Shown: positions 1-13,649 of the stretch, piece by piece
Numbering within the stretch: the first letter of the stretch is position 1
Layout: the number at the start of each line of letters is the position of its first letter
Source: Azolla caroliniana
Lineage: Eukaryota; Plantae; Polypodiophyta
DNA: 64,000 nt
Assembly (NCBI GenBank): GCA_043228905.1
Contig: JBHGNT010000010.1
Location: 6,200,001 to 6,264,000 of the forward strand
Direction: 5' to 3'
Notes under the pieces: generated by a model
Told to the model about the DNA's origin: nothing
The model's database searches: none
What the model saw: the letters and a program-made list of their open reading frames with translations, nothing else
Position numbers and translations under genes: made by a program

Positions 1-239
1 ATAATCGGTATTCGGCATATATATCCGAAGCGAACCGGGCTCACTCCGACTCGGCAACATTCGGGAAGACCAGTCGGTTCTGTCCCTCAAGCTACCGGAG
101 TCAACTCGAGCAAGTTCCGAAGCCGAACCGACTCGGGTTCAAATCTGACTAGAACGATATCGGGTGAGCCAACCGGCTACACTCCAACAAGGTTCGTAGT
201 CAACTCCGAACCGAGCTCCGTCAACCGAAACCAAATTTG

Positions 240-3200
240 ATGGCATCAACATCCGGCTCGTCAGAAATGAGTCTACGCAAGTTCGATGGATCGAACTTCA
301 ACTTCTGGAAGGAACAAATGCAGGACTATCTCATAGTCAAGGGGCAAATCGATCCCATCGAAAATGAAGAACCTCCAGAAGGATACAAACCAATTGAGTG
401 GCAAAAGTTGGACAGAATCGTCCGCGCCACGATTCGGATGCACCTATCGGAATCGGTATACTTTACGGTGCAATCGTGTACGACAGCATTCGAACTGTGG
501 AAAACACTGTCGGACACTTATGAAAAGAAGGTCGCCGCAACGAAGATGTTTCTGATCCGGCGCCTCTACAACTTGCGGATGAAAGAATCCGATTCGGTCC
601 AAGCACACCTCAATGAGTACGAAAGCATAAGCTCCCAAATCTCGTCACAGGGGACGGCAATCGAGGATGAACTCAGAGCAATGATACTCATGAGCAGCCT
701 TCCCTCATCATGGGAAACTTTCGTCACAACCGTGTGCAACGCGTCAACCACGGCTGTTAAATACTCCGAAGTCACGAGCGCAATCCTGACCGAAGCAGCT
801 CGGAGAAAGTCTTTCGCCAAAGACTCAACAGACGACGCCTATGTAGTACAAGGTTCGACAGACCGATCGAACATACGAGGAAGAGATTCCTCACGGCCGC
901 CGAACAATCAGCGAAGACGGAGCCAGTCACGGGATAACCGAATCTGCAACTATTGCAAGAAACCCGGACACATCAAAGCCGACTGCCGCGCACTCAAGAA
1001 CAAGAACAACAAGAAGAGTGGCCGGCATGAGGAGATCAATTGCGTCAGCTTCTCGGCTGATGTACTACCGGACGACCCGAATATACTATCAATCGAAAAT
1101 CCAGTCGCATCCGAAGTTCTGCTCACGACTGAAGAATCGAGCACATGGCTCTTGGATTCGGGCGCGTCATTTCACGTGACTCCTCATAGATCCCAATTTC
1201 GGCAATATACGGTCCGTCACTCCGACTCAGTTCGAGTCGGCAACTCACAACACTGTGACATCATCGGAATCGGCACAGTAGAGCTCAACCTTGCAGGTGG
1301 CTCTACACTTGTACTCCACAATGTCCGACATGTACCCGAGCTCTCAAGGCCATTGATCTCAGTCGGACAACTAGATGAAGACGGCATTCGTGCCGGTTTT
1401 TCTACGGGAGGGTGGACACTCCACAGGGGGAACCTCCTGCTTGCTAGAGGACCCAAGATACACTCCCTGTATCCGTTACATGTTACGCTCAGAGAGGGTA
1501 ACCTGTTTTTGGTGGATATTCCTGTGTCATCACTATGGCACCGGAGATTAGGACACCTCAGCAAGGCCGGCATCACGCATCTATCTAGAGCCGGATACAT
1601 CCCCAAACTCTCCTTCTCCGACCATCAATTCTGCGAGCATTGCCAGTATGGCAAACAAGCAGCCGTATCACACCCGACATCAGCACCAAGAGAAACGAGA
1701 CCTCTCGATTTGGTCCACTCGGACGTCTGTGGCCCAATGCCGCATCAGTCTCTTGGCGGTGCCTCTTACTTCGTCAGTTTTATTGACGATTCGACTCGAA
1801 AGGTGTGGGCTTATCCAATTCGCACCAAAGATCGTGTCTTCTCGATCTTCTCCGATTGGCTCGCTATGGTAGAAAATCAAACCGACCGAAAGCTGAAATG
1901 CCTTCGGACCGACAATGGGGGAGAGTTTAAATCCGAAGAATTCGTCAAATTTGCCGACAACGCGGCATCCGACGTGAATTTACGGCACCACACAGCCCGG
2001 AGCAAAACGGGATTGCCGAACGCATGAATCGGACAATCCAAGAACGGATAGTTTCCATGCTCCAACACTCCGGACTGTCGGATGGCTTCTGGGCAGAGGC
2101 TCTACTCACGGCAGTACACATAATCAATATGTCGCCAAGTAGACCTCTAGGACTTCAAATTCCTCAGGAACTATGGATCGGCAGTAAGCCGAATTACGAC
2201 AAGCTGAGGATCTTCGGATGCGAGGCGTACGCCCTTATTCCGAAAGATGATTGCCGAAAACTTGCACCTCGGTCCAGGAAATGCATTTTCCTTGGATATG
2301 GATCCGACGGCGAAATGGGATACCGACTCTGGGACCCCGAACGCAGACAAATCGTTCGAAGTTCGGACGTTGTGTTCAACGAGTCGGCTATGACTCCATC
2401 AGTCGAAAAACCGATCGAAGTCCGAAGGGTAACATTTTCCGATGTGCCGACCCTTCAAGAAGGCCCCGCTCACAACACACGGTCAGCTTCACGGGTAGCT
2501 GAACCTTACACTACCGACTCGGACAACTCTGACTCGGCACAGCCGAATGATTCGGTTTCGGACCATCCGACCTCGATACCCGATGCGACCAATCCAATCA
2601 TACCTCGACGATCCGAGAGACTGTCGCAACCTCCGGAGAGGTATTCTCCTGGAATTTTCTTCACCGACGCCGGCGAACCGACGTCTTACGAAGAAGCATC
2701 GACATCTGTCGATTCAGCCACCTGGCATCTGGCGATGGAGTCGGAAATGCACTCCATTCGGGCAAACAAGACTTGGGATCTGGTCAAATTACCTAGGAAC
2801 CGACGTGCTCTTCCTTGCAAGTGGGTTTATCGACTAAAAGAGACGTCTGATTCGACCACCCCAAAGTACAAGGCCAGATTAGTTGCGAAGGGCTTCCGAC
2901 AAGAATATGGCGTCGACTTCGACGAGATTTTTTCACCAGTGGTGAAAATGACAACCCTCCGTTTTCTACTCGGCGTAGTGGCAGCCGACAACTTGGAGCT
3001 AATTCAGCTAGATGTCAAAACAGCATTCCTCCATGGTGATCTTGAAGAGGAAATTTATATGGAGCAGCCAAAAGGCTTCGTGGCAACTAGCCAAGAACAT
3101 CTAGTCTGCCGACTCAGGAAGAGTCTATACGGCCTCAAACAGGCACCGCGACAATGGTACAAGAAGTTCGACGACTTCATCCAATCGATCGGCTTCTCAA

Positions 3201-4252
3201 AAAGCGATGAGGACCATTGTCTCTTTACCAACACAGCTCAAGATGGATCACCCATCTTCCTCATCATTTACGTGGACGACATGCTAATTTCTGGACGCCA
3301 CGCGGGCGAACTTGCCGATCTCGTTCGGCAACTGCGGTTGAAGTTTGCCATGAAGGACCTCGGTCCGGCACGACACATCCTTGGCATGAAGATTAGTCGG
3401 CATCGCGATAAACGACATCTTTTTTTGTCTCAGACCGACTATATCGGACGTGTCTTGGAACGCTTCAACATGCAATCAGCCAAATCTGCTTCAACCCCGC
3501 TCCCCATGAATCTTCGGCTCTCTCAGCGAGACTGCCCGACATCCGGTTCGGAGGGGGAAGATATGAAGTCGGTACCGTATGCACCGGCAGTCGGCTCCCT
3601 TATGTACCTGATGGTCGCGACACGGCCTGATATTTCTCACGCCGTAGGAGTCGTTAGCAGATTTATGCACAATCCTGGCCGATCGCATTGGAACGCAGTC
3701 AAGCATGTGTTCAGATATCTGGCTGGCACAAAAGACCACGGCATTCTTTTCGGTCCGAACCGAACCTCAGGCGTAGTCGGTTACACCGACTCGGATTTCG
3801 CCGACTGTATAGACAGTCGGAAATCAACAACCGGATACTGCTTCAAATTCGGCAATGGAGCAATCTCGTGGAAGTCGAAACTTCAGGAGTGCATAGCGAC
3901 CTCAACGACCGAAGCAGAATATGTAGCTGCGTCCGACGCAGCAAAAGAAGCTTTGTGGCTCGGTCGGCTGGCGCACACGTTTCGACAAGTCGACCATGAC
4001 TCGGCTCCAGTTGTCTACAGCGACAGTCAAGGTGCTGTTGCCTTGTCGAAAAATCCGGTTCACCACAACGCCTCCAAACATATCGACGTTCGATATCACT
4101 TCGTTCGGGACTGCGTCATTTCAGGGAAAATCGGTCTAGAGAAAATATCCACAACCGACAATGTCGCAGATGGAATGACCAAGTGTCTTTCGGCAGACCG
4201 TTTTCGGTCTCTTCGGCATCAGATGGGCGTAACGACAAACCAGTCCGGTTAG
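240..4252 (+). pseudogene. Copia gag-pol polyprotein with one frameshift (~1950)
   Basis: CNYCKKPGHIKADC knuckle, WLLDSGAS protease, LWHRRLGH/CEHC, HSDVCGP...TDNGGEF integrase, IYVDDML RT, YTDSDFA...TEAEY RNase H. Restoring one T at AAATTTGCCGA gives [32 protein letters not shown] and joins ORFs 237-2027 and 2024-4252. Confidence 0.93.
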
Positions 4253-4445
4253 AGCCGGACACAGAGCAGGATGGTTCCCGACAACCGACATCAGTTGCTT
4301 AATGATCGGCTTCAACTGTTCCGACCCGACCAGTTCGGTCTTCTGCCTTCGGACCCTGCCGACTCGAACAAAGCTGATATGTCCGAGAACCTAAGTCTAT
4401 ACTTGTAATCTAAGATAACCCATGTATACGCCCATTACGGGGGAG

Positions 4446-4652
4446 TGTCGAATACATGTGTATAATGGACGTATTCACACTATCCCGTTTTGGCCATTTA
4501 TGTAATTAGCATAAAGGGTAGTTGCCCTAAGTCGGTCACTATATATAGTGACCTTGTAACCTTTTTGTAAGGTTGGATGTTGTATTATTGCTTTATGGAA
4601 TAAAGAGTCTTTTGTGTCTCTCTCTCTCTCTCTCTCTGTGCAACGACCTACA
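4446..4652 (+). repeat. 3' LTR of the copia element
   Basis: Starts TGTCG right after the PPT and contains TATATATA, AATAAA and a (TC)n tract. The end (...CCTACA 4652) is inferred because the 5' LTR is not available for comparison. Confidence 0.7.
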
Positions 4653-6783
4653 ATCTCTCATACGCAGGTACTCAGATGAATCGAATGCTTCTTGATCTTC
4701 CGCATTGACGACCTTGTCCCCAACAGGGAGGGGGAGGTAGCCGCGGAAGACAACACAGCTGATGACGTCACCATTCGACAGCCAACGTCGCGGCCCTCGG
4801 TAACGTCCCCAGGACCTAGCCCACGCCCCAACACACAGCAGGTTGCACCACCACGACCACAGAAAAGGAAGCAGGCGGAGGAAACAACACTATCGGCCCC
4901 AGAACCCCAACCACAGCCAGGCAAAAGAAGATGACTCAACCGCGAGTCCTCGGAAGAACGGAAGGAGCCACAATAGGAGCAAGCCTTAGTGGTCAAACAG
5001 AGCAACTTGGCTATCACCCTTGCGGAGGCATCGCTGAACCAGGGAACGATCGAGCATGGGCAGACAACACAGATCTCGGAGGATGAAGTCCTCGGGTATA
5101 AGGACCTCCCCGCGGAGGCTTACGAATTTAGTGCGCTCCTCCGCCTTGGTACGTCATTCGAGCTGGTCGACTTCCTCACCAGAGCCCAAGTCGCGGCAGC
5201 CGCTCGGATGGCGGAAGAGCATGTCGAAACAAAAATGGTTCAAAGCGCGCTAATAGGTGAAATTGAGCCCCAGGAGGACATTGCTTTACAAAAAATCGGG
5301 AGGAAGAAGCAGGCAAAACAGGCCGCTCTCCTCATGGAGGTCCCCGAGTTGAACACGGCCCTTATCGAGGCATATCGGGACCTAGATCGCACTACGCGAG
5401 CAGCCAAAGACATGGCCCGAAAGATAAAAGTAGCCCAAAAACAGGCTAAGATGGCTACAGAGCTATGGCACGCTGCGAACCAGAAGCTGGCAGCCTGGGA
5501 GCAAAACCGGTTGGAACAACAAGTCCCGAGCCTTCCGGTAACGACTACCGAGGGCCTCCCAGCGCCCCCACGCATAACGATGATGGATGGAAGCACCATC
5601 ACCGACTCCATCCTGAAGGTGCAGGCCAGTACACAAACGGACTCGTTACAAATGATCGATGCCTGCACAACAACCGAGGCGGCCACGGCCGTGGAGCAAC
5701 TCAAACTAACCGCACCAACCAAGGAGGTGGCAACCCAGACAGAACCCCCGCTCCGGGATTACCGTGCGGAGCTTAAAGAAGAAGAACGGCGAACCGAGAG
5801 ACACGAGCAACGTCATCAAGAGGCAATGGCTCGCCTAAAAGAAGAAGCTTCCAAGCAGATGGCCGAGATAAGAGCCCAAGCCAACCAAAGGATACACGAG
5901 CAGCACGAAGCATTGGGCTAGGTACAAGCGCAAGCCGCGGCCAAGGAAGCCAAACTCAAAAGCAAGCTGGAGGAATACGCAACCACAGTAGTGAAGAAAG
6001 AGACGAAGGTTCTAGACCTACAGGCCGCGCTCGACAATGCCCACGACTGGAACCAACGGCAGGAGGAAAGAAATCGCGAACGGGAGGAGAGGATGAACGC
6101 GGAGAATGCCGAGCTGCAGAGTCAGCGGACGACCCTTAAAGAGATGGCTGACGAGTTTTTCATCAAGTGCAAGCTACTTTCCGAGCAAAAAGAGGCCTTA
6201 TCAGATTCCTACTTCACCCTACAAGAAGAGAGAATCGTCGAACGGGAACAAATCCGGCCCATGTGTCAGAAAGAATGGGAGCAGGCCACCGAAGAACTCA
6301 CGAAGCGTTACGAGCAAGCTCTCCAGCTCGTAACCGCAGATGCAAAGAACAGTCAGACCATCTATGAGCTAAAGACACAGAAGATTCAGGCCGAGGTCGA
6401 CGGCTTAAAACAGGAATTAGCAGCCATCCAAGCACAGCCCGGCATGGATGAGACACACATCCGCATACTGCTCGAGAAACAGCGCCAGCACCTTACCAAA
6501 AAGGTCGAGGAAACATTAAGTCGCACAGGAGACAAATGGGCAGCCCAAGCTACCGAATTGCATATTTTACGCGCTGACGCCGAGAACCGACGAAAGGAGG
6601 GCCGCGGCTTCTACAAAATGGACGAAGCCAGCATTCAAAATCTGCGTGTAGATTTAACCGAGGATTACCAGTCCTTGGCAAAATCTCACACCGTGGCAAT
6701 CGAGCAAATAATGGAGGACTTCAATGATAGTCAGATGTTGTTTCGCCTGGAAGTAGAAGCCTTCGAACGAGAATGACTCATTG

Positions 6784-7248
6784 TGTTACGGGCATGACCA
6801 TATAATATCCCGTGGTGAGAATTGTCGTAGTATTCTATACACGTGGATAAGTGTGAGGGTTAAACAAAGAGTCTAAAGAAGGGGAGGATTACTTTTAATC
6901 CTCGGGATTGAGACAACCCATGAGGCCAAGTGTGAACATGGCTGGGGGCCTTGAGAATTACTATAAATAAGAGGCCTAGCTACCCTCATTTGGGGATGCA
7001 TTGACTACGTCGAGACTCTGTCCGTGAGTGGAACGACTCTTGTAGCAAGCGTGCTATCGTCCAGGTACGACTCGACGCCAAGGCGGTGGTATGGGACGCC
7101 GATCGAGGCTCGAGTCCGTCTCGATCCCTTCGCTCGGGGGTGGTCGGGTGGATCGGCACCCTTCTTTCTCTCTTTTCTCTCTATTCTTTCTAGATCTATC
7201 ATTGATATATCCTTATTTTATGCTTACTTTAGTACCTAATCTCTAATA
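6784..7248 (+). repeat. 5' LTR of gypsy element
   Basis: TGTTA...TAATA, TATAAAT at 6962. Matches 13650-14114 with 3 mismatches counted by eye. Confidence 0.95.
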
Positions 7249-7250
7249 TT

Positions 7251-7263
7251 TGGTATCAGAGCC
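7251..7263 (+). other. Primer-binding site (initiator tRNA-Met)
   Basis: TGGTATCAGAGCC, 2 nt after the 5' LTR. Confidence 0.93.
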
Positions 7264-8857
7264 TATGTACTAACGTTTCTTTTGGTTTTCTTTTTGTCTT
7301 CGCGTGGGATGGCGATTGATCGTTGTGCGGTCGCCTTCATGCAGACAAGGATTAGCGAAAGAACTTCGGTAAATTTTCCTTAATTTTTTATCTAATTTTT
7401 CTTCTCCCTTCTATACATGTGTATACTTAATATGTAGTTTTTTTTTCATATATTCAATGATGTTGACGTGGTATTTAATTGGTTATCTTAAACGTTTACA
7501 TATGTCCACGAGGTCAATACCTCGTTTGACATATAAATCATATGTGATGAGTGTCGTATGCGTACGAGGTTACAACCTCAATTGTGTATTACGTTCACGA
7601 ACATATGTTACGTTCGCGTACGAGGTCAATACCTCGATTCGTTCGAAATGATATGCGTTGGATTTACTATGCGTAAGAGGTCAATACCTCAATTGCGAAT
7701 TACGCTTAACCTTATTTTCGGATGTTTCGTGTGCGTAGAGGTATATGCCTCGATTACGTATCCCGAATACATCATTGTTGGCTATATAAAAAAAACGATT
7801 CATTTAGTATACGCATATGTGGTCACTTATATACGTCTCTGATCGTATATATGTGATATATTGACATATGTGTATATTTTAGATTACGTGATTCATATCA
7901 AATGTTTTCCTAATTGGGGAGAGGATTTTGGTGGCCGTCCTCACATTTTTGTGAGAATGGCGTTGTCACCATCCCTTTTATCAACAATTTTTATTGTTGA
8001 AATTCCCGTTGGTCACTTTGATCTTTCGTTACGTAACGAACCTCGTATAGCCAAAATGATGTTGAATACGTCGGGCTTGATCCACATCAAGTAGGGTCGC
8101 TCTAATGACACACGTATCCAACATCTCCCCTCGTTACATGGATACGATGCCACCATGAGCTCGTTCTTACGAGCGCCATTCGTAATGACGTGACCATGTG
8201 ATGGGCCACATGAGCCTACGAAGACACAAGGGCTCATTCGGCTTGACCATTAGGTTACACTTTGGCATATGCCATTGTACTTACGAGGCTTGAGGGTAGG
8301 TAGCGTACAACCATAGTGGGTAATAAATGAGGGAGAAATAAGGCCACTTGACCTATATGTTTCTTTTTAAAAAAAACATATAGGGGCAAATGCCTCGCAT
8401 ATCTCGAATACGCCTCAAACATTAAACATTCAAGACGCGCAATCTACTTGGTTGGCTCAAGTGTTTAATGTATTTGTCCTCGAGGTCTCGAGTTCAAATA
8501 TGACCAACACCATACAACATCGTTGATACATATGACTATAATACATGTTTAGACTTTAGGTCTAAGTGCACTTCGGGGTCCTCGTAATAGGACTTAAAGA
8601 GCCGAAACCACATATGTGGGCACAGAAACATAGTTATTGTTAACATTTTTTTCGTGTATAAACTATTCATGACGCGAACATACATGGTTGAGCCTCGGGG
8701 AGCCGCCATGAAAAAAATCGATATAGAGATCAGGGAAAGGCATTCATTTGTCACCCCCATGGTTTTTAAAACACCTCTGTGTTACCATAGTAACCTGATC
8801 TTGAACCTCATCTCATACGTCTAGAGGGGTATTGACGTGAGATCATGATATCGATTA

Positions 8858-11800
8858 ATGTTTGCCCATGATATGTTTACACCACGACAAGATGTTATGA
8901 CTATTTGTCTGACCTTATCTTATTTCTTTGCCAGAAATAATCATTCAATGGCTCAGAATAACGACCCGATGCCCTCCGCTCAAGCGGAAAGACCTCAAGG
9001 AAATCCTCCTGGGACAATGTCCATTGAGGCGTATATTTTACAAGTACAACATTTCCTTAGTTCAACCGCGCAGCAGTTGACCGAATTTCGGCAATCTCAA
9101 AGTGCTCTCGAGGCACGAGTCATTAGTCTCCAAAATGAGATTAATAGACCTGATGAGCGTCAGGGTGAACCATCATTTGTCGTAAAGCCATTTACGGGAG
9201 ATAAAAAGGAAAGAACCGAAGAAGCAATCTGCACGTGGCTGGGCCGATGGGAGTCTCATTTTGAGCTCTATCCCACGCCAGATAGTACGAAGATTGCATA
9301 TGTCGGCCGAGAACTAGGGGGTAAGGCCGCCGCTTGGTGGCGTGGGCTCCGAACTTTGGGGAGATTGCCCGAGACCTGGACAGACTTTGTCACAGTTTTC
9401 AAGGGTCAATTTCTACAACCTCCCTCTCGAACCGAGGCAGCACAAGCTTTAATGAACCTCTCTAGCAGGAAGTTTTCCTCGCTAGAAGACTATGTCCACC
9501 ATGCTAGAACCCAAATCCAAAAATCGGGTCTAGAAGGGGACAATTGGTTAATAGCTTGTTTTGTCAATGGCATCCCCAATTCGGACTATCACTGGATAGT
9601 GCACGATAAGGATCCAAAATCCTTCGAAGAGGCCGTTGAGATAGTTCTTCGCTATCAACGCACTTCGAAGAAGGACCATAACAAACCCAACGAAGCGCCC
9701 GGGACTAAGCAGTCGCAATTCGTTGGGAAACGCAAGACACCCAACGAATTCATGGATCGCGATTATAAGCGACAACATCCTTTTTGCGTATTCTGCAAAA
9801 AGAAGGGTCATACAAAAGAGCAATGTCGTAAGCTCCAACGAAAAGAGCACGACGCCAAACCTAAAGCTACAGACCATAAAGGTCAGATTCCTAATGTCCT
9901 TCAGGTCTATACACATCATTTGAGTAATTGTCAATGTTCTTTCCCTCATTATGTATTGGGTCCCAATGATTTACTACGTGCAAACGGGTATATCAATGGA
10001 TCTCCCGTACAATTTTTATTTGATTCGGGAAGCTCACACAATTTTGTGAATGATCGTTTGGTACAGATATGGGGAATCCAACCCACCGTAAGTGATCACA
10101 CCTACACGGTGCACTTGGCTGATGGAAGAGTACAACACATCAACGGGGCGATTCATTCTTTAGGAATTTCTATTGATACCTATATAGAGGAAGTAGACTT
10201 CCATGTAATGAATCTTAGTACCACCGATGTAATACTGGGTTATCCCTGGTTTTATAATAAAAGCTCTTCTTTATTTATTGATTGGGTTCGCCATTCCATT
10301 TCTTTTGTACTCAACGATTGTACGCATTTTATTCAATGTGTAACAAAACAATCCTTCTCGATTGTTTCCTCGTGTCCATCAATATCCGAGTTGTCTTGTT
10401 CTACGTTATTTTATTGTGTACTTGATCCGGACATTCACGTTTACAATATCGATAATGTCTCGGGTCAATTAACATATTTTGAACAAAAACAACTTGATGA
10501 AATCGTAAACGATTTTCGTGATGTTTTTCCGAGTGAACTACCCGATGGTTTACCTCCTAAACGTAATATAGACCATCGTATAGATATTGTACCTGGCATT
10601 GCACCCATTAGTATACCTCCGTATCGCCTAAGTCGATCTGAAGAGGATGAGGTAGCTAAGCAACTTAAGGACTATTTACGAATGGGTTATATACGTTATA
10701 GTAAATCTCCATGGGGTGCACCAGTTCTCTTGGTTAAAAAGAAAGAGGGCACATGGCGTATGTGTATTAATTACCGACGCTTGAATAAAGTGACGATCAA
10801 GAATTCGTACCCATTGCCCCGGGCTGACGATCTAATTGACCGTCTCCAGGGAGCTCGGTATTTTACGAAACTTGATCTCCGTACTGGCTACCATCAAATA
10901 CGAATAAGTGAGGACGATGTTCCTAAAACAGCATTTCGTACGCGCTACGGCCATTATCAGTTTTTGGTTATGCCTTTTGGTTTGACCAATGCTCCGGCTA
11001 CATTTCAACAAGAAATGAATGACATTTTCCGAGAACAACTTGGAAAATTTGTCGTTATCTTCTTAGATGATATTTTAGTTTATAGCCGTACATTACAAGA
11101 ACATGCTAGACATGTCCGCTTTGTTTTACAAATATTGCGTGACAAACAATTTTACGCGAAGATCTCAAAATGTGAGTTCTTCAAGAAATCAATTACTTAT
11201 CTTGGACATCTCATAACCGAACGAGGAGTTGAAATTGATCCTTCTCGCATCGAGAAAATCAAGCTTTGGCCCACTCTTCGGAATATTCGAGAAGTTCGAT
11301 CATTCCTTGGTTTTGTCGGATTTTTGCGAAAATCTCTTCGTAATTACTCACAATTGACGACGCCGTTTACTGATCTTCTAAAAGGTCAAACGCGTAAGTC
11401 TACAAAACCTATTGTGTGGAATGCTACACTAGACCTCGCCTTTAAGGAACTCAAGGACTTGGTATGCAAGGCTCCTTCACTTCTTTTACCCGATCCTTCA
11501 AAACCTTTTGAGGTTGAAACCGACGCAAGCGATTATGCTATAGGTGTTGTCTTGTATCAAGATGGTAAACCAATAGCATTCGAGAGTAAGAAACTTGATT
11601 CTGCTCAATGTCGGTATACCGTTCAAGAAAAGGAATTATTTGCGGTTATACATGCGCTCAAAACATGGCGCCATTATCTTTATGGAAATCGCTTTGTGGT
11701 AACTACGGACCACGAGTCCTTGAAATATTTTTGTGACCAACAAGACCTGAAAGGTCGTAAGGCACGATGGGCTGATCTCATCCAGGACTTTGATTTTTCC

Positions 11801-13381
11801 ATACGATATCGTAAAGGTTCCATGAATACTGTCGCTGATGCACTAAGTCGCATCCGTGAAGTTAACATGCTTAGCTTCACTGAAATAACATCAGATCTTT
11901 ATGATCACCTTCGAGGAAAGTATCCTGATGACAATTATTTTGCAAAATACTGGGCAAGAGTCGAGTCTGGAACAGACACCACCACACCCTCGAAGGAATA
12001 CTTCCACATTGCTAACGGTCTGCTCTACCGTAATGGGAAGGTTTGTGTTCCAGATTTACCTGAGGTCAAAAAGAGAATTCTTTTTGAATGCCATGATGCA
12101 CCCTCAGCAGGGCACCCTGGAATACATCGTACACTCGTTCTCATCTCCACTCAATTTTATTGGCCTAAGATGCGTCCTGACATACATAGCTATGTGACTA
12201 AATGTCACCAATGTCAGGTTAACAAAGCCGAGCGACTTAAAGCCGCAGGACTTTTACATCCCTTGGACATTCCCAATAATAAGTGGGAAAGTATATCCAT
12301 GGATTTTATTGTTAGCCTTCCTCGCACCCAAAAAGGTCATGATGCCATATGGGTTGTGGTTGACAGACTAACTAAAATGGCCAGATTTATTGCTACTAAA
12401 ACCACGGTAACAGCTCCTGAATTGGCTTACCAATTCGTTGATGAGTTATTTCGTTTTTACGGGTTACCGATGGATATCGTGAGTGACCGAGATCCGAAGT
12501 TTACTAGTGACTTCTGGACGCAAGTCTTTAAGAAGTTAGAAACTACGTTGAGCATGAGCTCCACGGATCATCCTCAATCCGATGGACAGACAGAACGAGT
12601 AAATCAAATTATTGAGGACATGCTTCGAGCATACGTTGGTGCAAAACCAACAAAATGGGAACGTTACCTCCCAATTTTGGAGTTTGCTTATAACAGCTCC
12701 AAGCATACGTCGACGGGATATAGTCCTTTTATGTTGATGTATGGATTTTAGCCACGAGCCCCGATTGATGTTAATATACATCATGATGAGTTGCGAAGTA
12801 CGCAAAACTTTCTTCGGGATATGCAACATATGTTGCATATTGCACGGGATAATATAAAAACAGCTCAAGATAGAGCGTGTTTTTATGCCGATCATCACAG
12901 GCAACCTCGTGTATTCAGCCCTGGACAGAAGGTATTTTTACGTGTACCTCACAATTCTAAGACATTGTCTACGGGTAAGTGCGCTAAGTTAGCCCCACGG
13001 TTTTGTGGACCTTTTACAGTCCTCAAACGCATTGGATCATCAGCCTATCGTCTCGCTCTTCCCGATGGTGTTGGAATCCATCCAGTCTTTCATGTAAGTC
13101 GTCTAAAAGAACTTCTAGGTTCTGGCGACAATACAGTTACAACTGAAACTCTGGTTACTTCTGAAGATTTATCTTCTAAACCACATGTACCAGAAAGAAT
13201 TCTCGATGTTAAAACAAAAAAATTACGTGCTAAGGAAATCCGAGAATTTAAAATAAAATGGATGGATAAATCAATCAAAGATGCCACATGGGAACGCGAA
13301 ACGACTCTAACAACTAACTTCCCTAACTTTCCATTGCAAGAGTGCAATGTTTTAAAGAGGGGGAGTATGTTACGGGCATGA
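8858..13381 (+). pseudogene. Gypsy gag-pol with one in-frame TAG (12749-12751)
   Basis: [14 protein letters not shown] knuckle, [10 protein letters not shown] protease, [21 protein letters not shown] RNase H, HHCC and SDRD...QTER integrase, GPF motif, chromodomain PERILD...KIKW...ATWE. ORFs 8858-12751 and 12791-13381 are in the same frame. The true start may be the ATG at 8948. Confidence 0.93.
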
Positions 13382-13644
13382 CCATATAATATCCCGTGGT
13401 GAGAATTGTCGTAGTATTCTATACACGTGGATAACTGTGAGGGTTAAACAAAGAGTCTAAAGAAGGGGAGGATTACTTTTAATCCTCGGGATTGAGACAA
13501 CCCATGAGGCCAAGTGTGAACATGGCTGGGGGCCTTGAGAATTACTATAAATAAGAGGCCTAGCTACCCTCATTTGGGGATGCATTGACTACGTCGAGAC
13601 TCTGTCCGTGAGTGGAACGACTCTTGTAGCAAGCGCGCTATCGT
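13368..13644 (+). repeat. Truncated extra LTR copy (5' 277 bp) in tandem before the full 3' LTR
   Basis: Follows PPT AAAGAGGGGGAGTA, matches the LTR start, and breaks off at ...GCTATCGT. Confidence 0.93.
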
Positions 13645-13649
13645 TAGTA

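Larger units (their letters stand above)
1..4652 (+). mobile_element. Ty1/copia LTR retrotransposon (5' LTR/PBS outside window)
   Basis: Gag, zinc knuckle, protease, integrase, RT and RNase H in copia order. PPT GGGGGAG at 4439-4445 is followed by an LTR starting TG at 4446. Confidence 0.95.

Noticed and set aside
1940-2030. Programmed ribosomal frameshift in the copia element
   Set aside because: The shift falls inside the integrase core, not at the gag/pol boundary, and plant copia elements use a single ORF. It is a mutation or sequencing error.
4653-4670. Splice acceptor (TCTCTCATACGCAG) starting the host accessory ORF
   Set aside because: The frame reads through to the copia junction and most of the pyrimidine tract belongs to the LTR, so interruption by the copia is the simpler reading. 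Splicing is not excluded.
7005-7239. Small ORFs within the gypsy LTRs (also 13871-14105)
   Set aside because: They are repeated only because the LTR is repeated, and they carry no protein motif.
12749-12751. Programmed stop-codon readthrough in the gypsy pol
   Set aside because: The stop lies mid-integrase (YGF*PR) and is explained by CAG>TAG deamination.
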